Positions 38,099-49,380 of a DNA stretch of 64,000 bases are shown here, in pieces. Numbering within the stretch: position 1 is the first letter of the stretch; each line of letters opens with the position of its first letter. The position numbers were made by a program, and so were the translations under genes. Source of the DNA: Deltaproteobacteria bacterium CSP1-8 (GTDB taxonomy: Bacteria > Desulfobacterota > Deferrimicrobia > Deferrimicrobiales > Deferrimicrobiaceae); assembly GCA_001443455.1 (NCBI GenBank), contig LDXO01000005.1, positions 67,660 through 131,659 of the forward strand, in the 5' to 3' direction. The notes beneath the pieces were generated by a model, which was not told the DNA's origin, did no database searches, and saw only the letters and a list, made by a program, of their open reading frames with translations.

Positions 38099-38584
38099 AT
38101 GGCCATCGGCATAAAAAAGGTCGCCCGGCCCCGTCGGATGTCCATGGGGGAGACCCTCTACCTCCTGGAGATCGTGAAGGGACTCGGGGTGACGATGGGG
38201 CACCTCCTGCGCAACATCGTGCGGCAGGAGAACATCCCCACGATCGAATATCCCGAGGTGCGGCGCGTGATGCCCCCCCGGTTCCGGGGTCTGCACCGGC
38301 TGATGAAGCGGCCCGACGGGTCCCCCCGGTGCGTGGCGTGCTTCTGCTGCTCCACGGCGTGCCCCGCGGTGTGCATCACGATCGTCGCGGGGGAGTCCCC
38401 CGACCCGAAGGTCGAGAAGTACCCGGTGCGGTTCGACATCGACATGCTCCGGTGCATCTTCTGCGGCCTGTGCGTGGAGGCGTGCCCGTGCGACGCGATC
38501 CGGATGGACACCGGATGGTTCACTCCCCCTGAGAACACGCGGGAGAAGCTCATCTATACCATCGACATGTTGTTGGAGAAATAA
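38099..38584 (+). CDS. nuoI: Complex I subunit I (operon 2)
   Basis: RFRG, CVACFCCSTACP and CIFCGLCVEACP. Confidence 0.95.
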   Translation: MAIGIKKVARPRRMSMGETLYLLEIVKGLGVTMGHLLRNIVRQENIPTIEYPEVRRVMPPRFRGLHRLMKRPDGSPRCVACFCCSTACPAVCITIVAGESPDPKVEKYPVRFDIDMLRCIFCGLCVEACPCDAIRMDTGWFTPPENTREKLIYTIDMLLEK

Positions 38585-38591
38585 GAGCCCC

Positions 38592-39080
38592 ATGGAACCG
38601 GCCCTCTTCATCGTCTTCGGCGCCATCGCGGTGGGCGGCGCGATCATGGTGGTCACGCGGCGGCACCCGATGGCCTCCGCCCTCTACCTGATCCTCACGC
38701 TCTTCGCCGTCGCGGGGCTCTTCGTCCTGCGCCAGGCGCACTTCCTCGCGGCGATCCAGGTCATCGTCTACGCGGGGGCGGTGGTCGTCCTGTTCGTCTT
38801 CGTGATCATGCTGATCAACGTCCCCGAGGACAAGCTTCCGGTGGAGAGGGTGACGGGGATGCGCTTCCTGGGGGTCGTCGTCGCGGGGCTCCTCATCCTC
38901 GAGTCCGCGCTGATCGTCCGCCGCTCCGGGATGGCGGGGACTCCCGCCGCGGACTCCGGCTCCGTCGAGGCCGTAGGAAGGGCGCTGTTCACCGATTACC
39001 TGCTCGCCTTCGAGCTCACGTCGGTCCTGCTCCTGGCCGCGGTGATCGGGGCGATCGCGCTGGCGAAGAAGAAGATCTGA
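38592..39080 (+). CDS. nuoJ: Complex I subunit J (operon 2)
   Basis: QVIVYAGAVVVL and YLLAFELTSVLLL. Confidence 0.93.
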   Translation: MEPALFIVFGAIAVGGAIMVVTRRHPMASALYLILTLFAVAGLFVLRQAHFLAAIQVIVYAGAVVVLFVFVIMLINVPEDKLPVERVTGMRFLGVVVAGLLILESALIVRRSGMAGTPAADSGSVEAVGRALFTDYLLAFELTSVLLLAAVIGAIALAKKKI

Positions 39081-39124
39081 CGGTGCGCGAAGCGATCGCG
39101 CACCACAAGCGGAGACCTTCGTAA

Positions 39125-39427
39125 ATGATGGAACCGTCGGCATACCTGCTCCTCTCCGGGATCCTGTTCGGGATCGGCGTGGCGGGGGTGGTGGCGCGCA
39201 AGAACGTCCTTATCATCCTCATGAGCGTGGAGATCATGTTGAACGCCGTCAACGTCGCCTTCATCGCGGTCGGGTCCTCCCTGGGCGACGTCACGGGGTC
39301 GATCTTCGCTTTCATGGTCATGACGGTCGCGGCGGCGGAGGCCGCGGTGGGGCTGGCGATCCTGATCGCGATCTACCGGCTCAAGGAGACGATCGACATC
39401 ACCGAGCTGAGCATACTCAAATGGTAG
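39125..39427 (+). CDS. nuoK: Complex I subunit K (operon 2)
   Basis: MSVEIMLNA and AAAEAAVGLA. Confidence 0.93.
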   Translation: MMEPSAYLLLSGILFGIGVAGVVARKNVLIILMSVEIMLNAVNVAFIAVGSSLGDVTGSIFAFMVMTVAAAEAAVGLAILIAIYRLKETIDITELSILKW

Positions 39428-41460
39428 GCGGGATCCTCAATTACCTCTGGCTGGTGCCCGCGCTTCCGCTTTTGGGGGTGATCGTGAACAGCGCGATCGC
39501 GCTCTTCGCCGAGCGCCCGCTCCTCTTGGCGGAGGCGGGGAGCGAAGAGCACGGGCATGGGACTTCGCTCCACGGGGCCGGCCACCACGCGGCTCCCCCG
39601 TACCGGAGACTGGTCGCGTTCCTCGGACCCGCGGTGGTGGGGGCTTCCTTCCTCGTGTCGCTCCTGTCGGTCCTCGCACTGGCCGCGCGCCCGGCCCACG
39701 ACCGGCTCTTCGTCCAGGTCCTCTTCCCGTGGGTTACGGCGGGGAGCTTCGACGCCGCCGTGGCCTTCCAGCTCGACCCGCTCTCGTCCGTGATGATCCT
39801 GGTGGTCACCGGGGTCGGTTTTCTCATCCACGTCTACTCCGTGGGATACATGTCCCACGAGAAGGCCTTCGCGCGCTACTTCGTCTACCTGAACCTCTTC
39901 ACCTTCACGATGCTTTTGCTCGTGCTCGGCAGCAACTTCCTCCTCATGTTCGTAGGGTGGGAAGGGGTGGGGCTTTGCTCCTACCTGCTGATCGGGTACT
40001 GGTACGAGAAGAAAAGCGCCGCGGACGCCGGGAAGAAGGCCTTCATCGTGAACCGGGTGGGGGACTTCGGGTTCCTCGTCGCCATCTTCCTCATCTTCTG
40101 GACGTTCGGGACGGTCGACTACCCCGAGGTCTTCGCCAGGATCCCGGGCCTTGCGGATAGCGGCGTCCTGACGACGGGCGTCGCCACGGCGATCACCCTG
40201 CTCCTGTTCGTCGGCGCCGTAGGGAAGTCGGCGCAGATCCCCCTTTACGTGTGGCTGCCGGACGCGATGGAGGGCCCCACCCCCGTCTCCGCCCTCATTC
40301 ACGCCGCCACAATGGTCACCGCGGGGGTGTACATGGTTGCCCGCACGAGCCCGCTCTTCCTTCTGGCCCCCGCCTCGATGGCGGTCGTGGCCGTGGTGGG
40401 CGCGGCGACCGCCATCTTCTCCGCCACCATCGGGATCTGCCAGAACGACATCAAGCGGGTGCTGGCGTACTCCACCGTCTCCCAGCTGGGATACATGTTC
40501 CTCGCCTGCGGGGTCGGGGCGTTCACCGCCGGAATCTTCCATCTCATGACCCACGCCTTCTTCAAGGCGCTCCTCTTCCTGGGCTCCGGCTCGGTGATCC
40601 ACGCCCTCTCCGGGGAGCAGGACATGCAGAAGATGGGGTCGCTGAAAAAACGCCTCCCCGTCACCTTCACCACGATGTTCATCGCCACGCTGGCGATCTC
40701 GGGGATTCCCGGCCTTTCCGGATTCTTCTCCAAGGACGAGATCCTGTGGAAGTCATTCTCCTCCGGGCACGGCCACGTGGGATTGTGGCTGGTCGGCACG
40801 GCAGCGGCGGGGATCACGGCCTTCTACATGTTCCGCCTGGTGTTTTTGACCTTCTTCGGACCGTCGCGGATGGACCCCGAGGTGGAGAAGCACGTCCACG
40901 AATCCCCGTACTCGATGACCGTCCCGCTGATGCTCCTGGCCGTCCTGTCGGTGGGGGGCGGCTGGATCGGCATCCCCGAGGCGCTGGGGGGGCACAACTA
41001 TTTCGAGGCGTGGCTTGCGCCCGTGTTCGGGCACGGGGCCGAAGGGGCCGCCCACGGCGGTGCACACCACTCCGCGGCGCTCGAGTATCTGCTCATGGCC
41101 GGGTCGGTGGGCGTGGCGCTGTGCGGGATCGGGCTCGCGTACTATCTGTACCGGGGCCGCCCGGAGAAGCCGAAGGAGATCGCCGGGAGGGTGCCGGGCC
41201 TCTACGACGTGGTGTTCCACAAGTATTACGTCGACGAGATCTACGATGCCGTCATCGTGCAAAGGATCGTGAACGGCTCGATCTGGCTGTGGGAGGCGTT
41301 CGACGCGACGTTCATCGACGGGATCGTGAACGGCGTCGCGACGATTGTGAGCGGGGCGGGCGACAGGATGAGACGCGTGCAGACCGGCGTGGTGGGGAAC
41401 TACGCCCTTTCCCTGCTCGTGGGCGCGGTGATCCTCGTCGGATTCCTGATCTGGCCGTGA
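39421..41460 (+). CDS. nuoL: Complex I subunit L (operon 2)
   Basis: GKSAQIPLYVWLPDAMEGPTPVSALIHAATMV, with His-rich loops. Confidence 0.95.
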   Translation: MVGGILNYLWLVPALPLLGVIVNSAIALFAERPLLLAEAGSEEHGHGTSLHGAGHHAAPPYRRLVAFLGPAVVGASFLVSLLSVLALAARPAHDRLFVQVLFPWVTAGSFDAAVAFQLDPLSSVMILVVTGVGFLIHVYSVGYMSHEKAFARYFVYLNLFTFTMLLLVLGSNFLLMFVGWEGVGLCSYLLIGYWYEKKSAADAGKKAFIVNRVGDFGFLVAIFLIFWTFGTVDYPEVFARIPGLADSGVLTTGVATAITLLLFVGAVGKSAQIPLYVWLPDAMEGPTPVSALIHAATMVTAGVYMVARTSPLFLLAPASMAVVAVVGAATAIFSATIGICQNDIKRVLAYSTVSQLGYMFLACGVGAFTAGIFHLMTHAFFKALLFLGSGSVIHALSGEQDMQKMGSLKKRLPVTFTTMFIATLAISGIPGLSGFFSKDEILWKSFSSGHGHVGLWLVGTAAAGITAFYMFRLVFLTFFGPSRMDPEVEKHVHESPYSMTVPLMLLAVLSVGGGWIGIPEALGGHNYFEAWLAPVFGHGAEGAAHGGAHHSAALEYLLMAGSVGVALCGIGLAYYLYRGRPEKPKEIAGRVPGLYDVVFHKYYVDEIYDAVIVQRIVNGSIWLWEAFDATFIDGIVNGVATIVSGAGDRMRRVQTGVVGNYALSLLVGAVILVGFLIWP

Positions 41461-41483
41461 GAACGGAGAAGGGAGATTCCTGG

Positions 41484-41723
41484 TGTTGCGTCTCGTAAAC
41501 ACATTGACCAACGGGTCCGTCGCAAGGGCTCGCGGGGAGCTTCCTCGCCGCTACGCTCGCGACCTTGCGCCCGCTCACTGCCGGTTCCGCTCGACGCAAA
41601 TTCTGCCTCGCTCCACAGGCCGCGTCGAGGAACCCCCCGCAGCGCCCTGTGCGCGGAATGGCCGCCTGTCCCGGCCTATCCCGGTGGCGGATCGGTGTGT
41701 CAAGCCATTTACGATACGCTGCA
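41484..41723. mobile_element. MITE-like element with 25-bp imperfect TIRs carrying the repeat core (copy 3), in the nuoL-nuoM spacer
   Basis: TGTTGCGTCTCGTAAACACATTGAC versus reverse-complement TGCAGCGTATCGTAAATGGCTTGAC (18/25 match). Core at about 41528..41645. Confidence 0.65.
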
Positions 41724-41733
41724 GTAGGAGCGT

Positions 41734-43314
<1,581 letters not shown>

Positions 43315-43321
43315 GGAAGCG

Positions 43322-44797
43322 ATGGGACCGTTTACCCTGGATGCAGCGACGCTGTTGACGAGCGTCTATAGCATCGTCCCCGAGATCCTCGTGGTGGGCA
43401 CGGCGCTCTTCGTCCTCTTCCTGGACGTGGTGATCCCCGAGGAGAACAAGCATGTCCTCTGCGGCACGAGCCTCGTCGGCATCCTCATCGCCCTGTTCTC
43501 CGTGTACCTCCTCGGGCAGGAAAAGATCGAGGGGTTCTCGGGGATGATCGTCCACGACGGGGTGGGCGCGTTCGTAGACGTCGTCATCCTCTCCGCCTGC
43601 GCGCTCACCCTCCTGATGGCGACCGGGTACTCCGAATGGGAGGGGACGCACAAGGGGGAGTTCTACTCGCTGATCCTGCTCTCCACCTCGGGGATGATGG
43701 TCATGGCCAAGGGGACCGACCTGATGACGGTCTTTCTCGGGCTGGAGACGCTGTCGATCCCGATCTACGTCCTCGTCGGATTCCACCGGAACCGGATGTC
43801 CTCCATCGAGGGGGCCCTGAAATACTTCCTCCTCGGCGCCTTCGCCTCGGGGTTCCTCCTGTACGGCATCGCCCTGATGTACGCGGCGACCGGTACGACG
43901 AAGATCCCCGCCCTGGCCACGATGCTCTACGACCCGCGGATCGTGGAGAGCCCGCTCTTCCTCGTCGGGACGGGCCTCCTTCTGGTGGGGCTCGCCTTCA
44001 AGGTATCGCTGGTCCCCTTCCACATGTGGACCCCGGACGCGTACGAGGGGGCCCCGACGGTGGTCACCGCCTTCATGTCCGCCGCGGTCAAGGCAGCCGC
44101 CTTCGCCGCGCTCATCCGGGTGCTCCTGGTGGCGCTGCCCGGCGTGCAGCCCGTCCTGTGGAAGGTCCTCTGGGGCCTGGCCGTGCTGACGATGACCGTC
44201 GGGAACCTGTCGGCGCTCGTGCAGGACAACCTCAAGCGGCTATTGGCCTACTCCTCGATCGCCCACGCCGGGTACATTCTCGTCGGGCTTGTCTCCGGCG
44301 ACGTCCTCGGCGGGCAGGCGTCCCTGTTCTACCTCCTGGTCTACGCCTTCATGAACATGGGCGCCTTCGGCGTGGTGATCCTCATCGCGCAGAAGGAGGA
44401 CGAGGGGTACGACATCCGGAACCTGAAAGGGATCGGCTTCAAGTACCCGGCGCTGGGGGCCCTGCTCACCCTCTTCCTCGTGTCGCTCGGGGGGATCCCG
44501 CCGACGGCCGGGTTCGTCGGGAAGTTCTACCTCTTCAGCGCCGCGGTGAAGAACGGCTACATCTGGCTGGCGGTCATCGGGGTCTTGAACAGCGCCGCCT
44601 CCATCTACTACTACCTGCGCCTGGTCGTCACGATGTACATGGTGCCCGTGGACGGCGAGGTGCCCGTCCCGCGCCCGCCGCGCTTCTCCTTCTCGATGGC
44701 CCTGTGCGCCTCCGCCGCCGTCGTGCTCGTCCTGGGGGTGGTCCCCCGCTCCGTGCTCGAGATCGCCGAGCGCTCCGTCCTCTCCATGCTGATGTAA
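43322..44797 (+). CDS. nuoN: Complex I subunit N (operon 2)
   Basis: EGALKYF and KVSLVPFHMWTPDAYEGAP. Confidence 0.95.
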   Translation: MGPFTLDAATLLTSVYSIVPEILVVGTALFVLFLDVVIPEENKHVLCGTSLVGILIALFSVYLLGQEKIEGFSGMIVHDGVGAFVDVVILSACALTLLMATGYSEWEGTHKGEFYSLILLSTSGMMVMAKGTDLMTVFLGLETLSIPIYVLVGFHRNRMSSIEGALKYFLLGAFASGFLLYGIALMYAATGTTKIPALATMLYDPRIVESPLFLVGTGLLLVGLAFKVSLVPFHMWTPDAYEGAPTVVTAFMSAAVKAAAFAALIRVLLVALPGVQPVLWKVLWGLAVLTMTVGNLSALVQDNLKRLLAYSSIAHAGYILVGLVSGDVLGGQASLFYLLVYAFMNMGAFGVVILIAQKEDEGYDIRNLKGIGFKYPALGALLTLFLVSLGGIPPTAGFVGKFYLFSAAVKNGYIWLAVIGVLNSAASIYYYLRLVVTMYMVPVDGEVPVPRPPRFSFSMALCASAAVVLVLGVVPRSVLEIAERSVLSMLM

Positions 44798-44814
44798 AGC
44801 AAAGGGACAAAAGC

Positions 44815-44830
44815 AAAGGGACGTTCTTAA
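44815..44830 (+). repeat. 16-bp motif AAAGGGACGTTCTTAA, identical copy at 16797..16812
   Basis: Exact match. Both copies lie 13-17 bp after an operon-terminal stop codon. Confidence 0.75.
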
Positions 44831-45001
44831 AACTTTTCATCTCCCGCGGCGGAGGGACCCCGGGTACCGGCAACTGCCGGCTGCTCCCCGTCGCGAAGGC
44901 GCGGGTTGCGGCTTCGCTTCCGGGGTTTCCAGGCAGGTCTCTTGAGAAACGCAGGTCCACCTTCAGACCGGCAGACGGAGGGTTTCGGATGCGGGCCTGC
45001 A

Positions 45002-45616
45002 TCAACCGGAAGGTGGCCATCGCAATGGAAGAAAGCGGGTGACGCGCTCCTGGTATTTCCGGTACTCCTCCCCGAATTTGCGGACCATCCGGCGTTCCTC
45101 GAAGAACGTGCCCACGTAGAGGTACAGGACGACCATTGCGGTGGAGAGGAGGGAGTTCCGGGTCTGGACCGGTTGGAAGGCCAGGACCACGGAGATGCCG
45201 AGATAAAGAGGGTGGCGGACGATGCCGTACGCTTTCTGCGTGAAGAGGCGCTCGTTCCGGACCGGTTCCTGCGGTTCTCCCTTCCGGCTCCGCTCCCACT
45301 GGCGGAACCCGACGAATTCAAGGAGGTCCCAGGGAGTCCAGAAAAGAAAGGCGACGCCGCACAGCTGAACGGCGTGAAAGAGAAGCCGGCCGAAGCCTTC
45401 CAGCCGGTACAGGGACCGGTCCGGCACGGTCCGCAGATACAGGACGAGCAGGAGAAAGACGGCGATGGAATACGCAGTGAAGAGAAGACGGTGGTACCCG
45501 TCAAACGCGCGGTCTCCCATCCATCGGCGCGCCAGGTTCTCATACCCTTCCGAGACAGTCAGGCTGTGGAATACCGCAAACGCTGTCCACGCCAGGATGA
45601 CCCGCAAGGCGCCCAT
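45002..45616 (-). CDS. ICMT/NnrU-like membrane methyltransferase (MddA-like)
   Basis: YGIVRHPLYLG and EERRMV..FGEEYRKY..RFLP. Confidence 0.8.
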   Translation of the reverse strand: MGALRVILAWTAFAVFHSLTVSEGYENLARRWMGDRAFDGYHRLLFTAYSIAVFLLLVLYLRTVPDRSLYRLEGFGRLLFHAVQLCGVAFLFWTPWDLLEFVGFRQWERSRKGEPQEPVRNERLFTQKAYGIVRHPLYLGISVVLAFQPVQTRNSLLSTAMVVLYLYVGTFFEERRMVRKFGEEYRKYQERVTRFLPLRWPPSG

Positions 45617-45714
45617 CGCCCCCCCTCTCCGGACTATACCACTTGGGCGTTTTTCCTGCGGATCCTTAGGATTCCCTGTCCTGATCGCCACAGGGTACGG
45701 TTATACTGGTGCGG

Positions 45715-46866
45715 ATGGAGTGCCCCTTCTGCAAGATTTCCCCGATGCGCCGGGTGATGGCGGGGGACAGGGAGATCGACCGCTGCCTCGCCTGCGGTGC
45801 CCTGTGGTTCGACTACGGGGAGATACGCGAACTTACGGAAGGTCGGCTGGCGGCGGACGCCGGGGAGGAAACGCCCCACGACCCGCCCGAAGGGGAGCTG
45901 GGGCGGATGCACCGGCAGGCGACGTCGCTTACCTGCCCGCGGTGTGGGGGGCGGGGCGGGGCGATCGACTTCCAGATGACGGGGATTCCCGTCTTCCATT
46001 GCCGGGACTGCAACGGGTATCTCGCTCCGCGGAAATCCGCGGCCGCGATTTCCGAAAGGTTCCGATTCCTCAGGGAGCATGGGGAGGAGTACGCCCGGCT
46101 GGGGGAGTCGCTGGCCAAGACGATGAAGCGCCGGATGGAGCTTGCACACGGCCCCGCGATTCGCGCTTCCGGGATCCCGATCCCTCTTCCCGTCGTGGTA
46201 CCGCTGGCGGACGCCGGCACCGAAGTCCGGTCGTTCCCCGTCGTGACGTACCTGCTGATCGGGCTTTCGATCGGGGTCTACCTTTTCGCCCAAATCGGGG
46301 GAGGGCCCCCCGCGCTGCCGGGAGGCCTTCCCGGCCTGCCTTCGGGGGCGGGGCTTTCCGGGGTATCCATTCCCGCGTCGCTCGTCTCGCTGTTCCTGCA
46401 CGCGGGGATCGTGCCGCTTGGCGCCGGCTCCCTCTTCCTTTTCGTCCTGGGCGACAACGTCGAGGACCGGATGGGATGGCTGCCGTTTCTCCTCTTCTAT
46501 CTCCTGTGCGGCGTCCTCGCGGGCGCGGCCCACGTTCTCTGGGGGAAGCCGGGGGGATATGCGGCCCTCGGGTCGGCGGGCGCGGTGGCGGGGGTGCTGG
46601 GCGCCTACCTCGTCTTCTTCCCCGACGTTCCCATCGAGATGTACGGGATGGGAAAAGTTGCGACCGTTCCGACATATCTGTTCGCCTGCGCCTGGGTGGC
46701 GGCCGCGTTTCTCATCGGCCCCGGCCCCTTCATGGATCTCTTCAACCCCGCTCCCCTTTCGCTGTCAGGCAGCCTGGCGGGGTTCGGGACGGGGGTTTCC
46801 GGAGCGGCCCTCTGGAGGTTTTGGGAGGGCGCGTCCACCGTTCCTCCCCTCCGGGCCGACGGGTGA
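45715..46866 (+). CDS. Zinc-ribbon (2x) plus rhomboid-like membrane protein, probably inactive
   Basis: CPFC..CLAC and CPRC..CRDC ribbons, GDNVEDRMG, GAVAGVLGAY. The catalytic Ser and His positions are substituted. Confidence 0.8.
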   Translation: MECPFCKISPMRRVMAGDREIDRCLACGALWFDYGEIRELTEGRLAADAGEETPHDPPEGELGRMHRQATSLTCPRCGGRGGAIDFQMTGIPVFHCRDCNGYLAPRKSAAAISERFRFLREHGEEYARLGESLAKTMKRRMELAHGPAIRASGIPIPLPVVVPLADAGTEVRSFPVVTYLLIGLSIGVYLFAQIGGGPPALPGGLPGLPSGAGLSGVSIPASLVSLFLHAGIVPLGAGSLFLFVLGDNVEDRMGWLPFLLFYLLCGVLAGAAHVLWGKPGGYAALGSAGAVAGVLGAYLVFFPDVPIEMYGMGKVATVPTYLFACAWVAAAFLIGPGPFMDLFNPAPLSLSGSLAGFGTGVSGAALWRFWEGASTVPPLRADG

Positions 46867-47236
46867 CGGTCTTTCCGCAACTGCTTCACCCCTCCCCGGT
46901 CTTTTCTTCTCAAGGGTCACGGGATCTCAGGACATGATTTTTTCTTATGTTTTTCATAAGTTTATGTGACTTCCAAAAAAAATCCTATAAGGAACAGGAA
47001 TTGCTTGCATTTCGGAAGGGATTAGAATAGTAGATTCTTATAAACCAATATGCTTTTCTCCTTGCCGAAAGGCCCCTCCCGGATTTTCGGGGTCCCCGAA
47101 GGAACCGATGGGTGGCAAGGATAACCGGCCATCAAAGAGATGGAAAGGCGGTGCGTCGAAACATTTCCCTGGGGGGCAAGGGTTCCGTACTCTCGCCGCA
47201 GAACCAGATGATCGAAATCCAAAAGGAGGGGAATCG

Positions 47237-49336
47237 ATGCGAAAAACGGGTTTTTACGCAATCGTTTTCCTGTGTATTTCAGCACTCGGCGTCTCGATCC
47301 TTGCGGTACCGGAGGCACTCGCGAACGGTTGCAATCCGATCCCGGGCGGAACCTTAGATCCTTGCAGCGTCCTGAAATATCAGACGCCGATGCTGATCCC
47401 GCCGGTGATGCCGAAAGCGGGGACGATCGTGCAGATGGGCGGCATGAACATCGACTATTTCGAGATTTCCGTGAAGCAATTCCCCCAGCAGATCCTGCCG
47501 GCAGGATTGCCTGCCACGACGGTCTGGGGCTACGGAGCCGTTGCGAGCGATATCAAGAGAGGCCTCCTGCTGCACAACGCCCCGTCCCTCACCATCGAGG
47601 CTCAATGGAAGAGGCCCGTGCGGGTGAAGTGGATCAACGACCTGGTCGATGGCAACGGCGACTATCTTCCCCATCTGTTGGCGGTGGACCCGACCCTGCA
47701 CTGGGCCAACCCACCAGGCGGGATGACGGATCGTGACACGCGCCCGGATACCACAGGTCAACCGACTCCCGGCGCATACACGGGCCCTGTTCCCATGGTC
47801 GTCCACGTCCACGGTGCGGTGGGCGTCGGCGACGAGAGCGACGGGTACGCCGAGGCCTGGTACCTGCCGGCGGCCAATAACATCCCCGGCGGATACGCCA
47901 CCGAGGGGACCTGGTACAACTTCTTCGCAGGCAAAGCCGCGGCGAACTTCGGCGTCACTTGGGGGGCCGGCTTCGCCACGTTCCAGTACCCGAACGCGAA
48001 CCGCGCCTCGACAATCTGGTACCACGACCACACGTTGGGCATGACCCGGCTCAACGTCTACGCCGGTCCGGCCGGGTTCTACATCATCCGGGGCGGCCCG
48101 GATGGCGATAAGGCCGTGCTGGACTCCCGGACTGACTTGACAGCCGTGCTGCCGGGCCCGGCGCCCAAGGCGAACGACATGTTCCCTCCCAACAAGACCT
48201 ATTACGAGATCCCGATCGCCATCCAGGACCGCTCCTTCAATGCCGACGGCTCGCTCTTCTATCCGGACTCACGCGGGTTCTTCGACGGCATCGTCGGCGA
48301 CTTCATTCCCACCGGCGAGTTCTCCCCGATCTGGAACCCGGAGTTCTTCGGCAACATGATGATGGTCAACGGCAACACCTGGCCGTTCCAGACCGTGGAG
48401 CAGGTGCGCTACCGCATCCGGTTCCTCAACGGCTGCAACTCCCGCTTCCTGATCCTGGACTTCAACGATATTCCCGGCGTGGAGGTGTGGCAGATCGGAA
48501 ATGAAGGAGGTTTCTTGGCCGCGCCGGTGAACATCACGGCCACGAACGGCAACCAGTTGCTCATGGGTCTGGCCGAGCGCGCCGACGTGATCGTGGACTT
48601 CACCAACGTGCCGGTGGGCCATCATGTGCTCGGCAACGTCGGTCCCGACGAGCCGTTCGGAGGGGGCGTACCGGGAGTGGACTTCGACCCTGCCGACCCC
48701 GCTACGACCGGGCAGATCATGGAATTCCAGGTCGTCCCGGCCGTGGCCCCCGACCCCACCACGCCGCCACGGTTCCTGACGCTGCCGGCCATCATGCCGC
48801 TCCCGCCTGCAACCGTCACCCGCCCCCTGGCGCTGATCGAGAAGATGGGGAAGGGCGTCGATGCGAACGGCGACCCGATGGATGGCCCGGTGGAGGCTCT
48901 CCTCGGCACCCTAGAAGCCGGTGTTGCGGTGGAAAGAAAGTGGATGGAACCGGTGACGGAGAACCCGGCCCTCGGTGCCACCGAGGTCTGGGAGTTCTAC
49001 AATACGACCGGCGACGCCCACCCGATGCACATCCACGAGATCATCTTCGAGGTGGTAAACCGGGAGGGGCTGGTTCTGGATGCAAACGATGAAGTCGTCG
49101 AACCGATTCAGCTTGACGGCGTCATCGCTCCGCCCGAGCCCTGGGAGACCGGGTTCAAGGACACGGTCATCGCCTACCCGGGCCAGGTTACCCGCGTGAG
49201 GGTACAGTTCAACACCCCCGGCCAGTACGTCTGGCACTGCCACATCGTCGAGCACGAGGACAACGAGATGATGCGGCCGTTCCGTATCGGCCCGGAACAG
49301 CCCGGGCAGCCCATGCCGCCCGAGCCCGGCATGTAA
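47237..49336 (+). CDS. Secreted multicopper oxidase (CotA/bilirubin oxidase-like)
   Basis: Signal peptide, VHVHG, WYHDH, HPMHIH and WHCHIVEHEDNEMM. Confidence 0.93.
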   Translation: MRKTGFYAIVFLCISALGVSILAVPEALANGCNPIPGGTLDPCSVLKYQTPMLIPPVMPKAGTIVQMGGMNIDYFEISVKQFPQQILPAGLPATTVWGYGAVASDIKRGLLLHNAPSLTIEAQWKRPVRVKWINDLVDGNGDYLPHLLAVDPTLHWANPPGGMTDRDTRPDTTGQPTPGAYTGPVPMVVHVHGAVGVGDESDGYAEAWYLPAANNIPGGYATEGTWYNFFAGKAAANFGVTWGAGFATFQYPNANRASTIWYHDHTLGMTRLNVYAGPAGFYIIRGGPDGDKAVLDSRTDLTAVLPGPAPKANDMFPPNKTYYEIPIAIQDRSFNADGSLFYPDSRGFFDGIVGDFIPTGEFSPIWNPEFFGNMMMVNGNTWPFQTVEQVRYRIRFLNGCNSRFLILDFNDIPGVEVWQIGNEGGFLAAPVNITATNGNQLLMGLAERADVIVDFTNVPVGHHVLGNVGPDEPFGGGVPGVDFDPADPATTGQIMEFQVVPAVAPDPTTPPRFLTLPAIMPLPPATVTRPLALIEKMGKGVDANGDPMDGPVEALLGTLEAGVAVERKWMEPVTENPALGATEVWEFYNTTGDAHPMHIHEIIFEVVNREGLVLDANDEVVEPIQLDGVIAPPEPWETGFKDTVIAYPGQVTRVRVQFNTPGQYVWHCHIVEHEDNEMMRPFRIGPEQPGQPMPPEPGM

Positions 49337-49380
49337 TTTCCTTGGGACGAGGGGGCCCCCCGCAGGGGCGTCCCTCCCTG

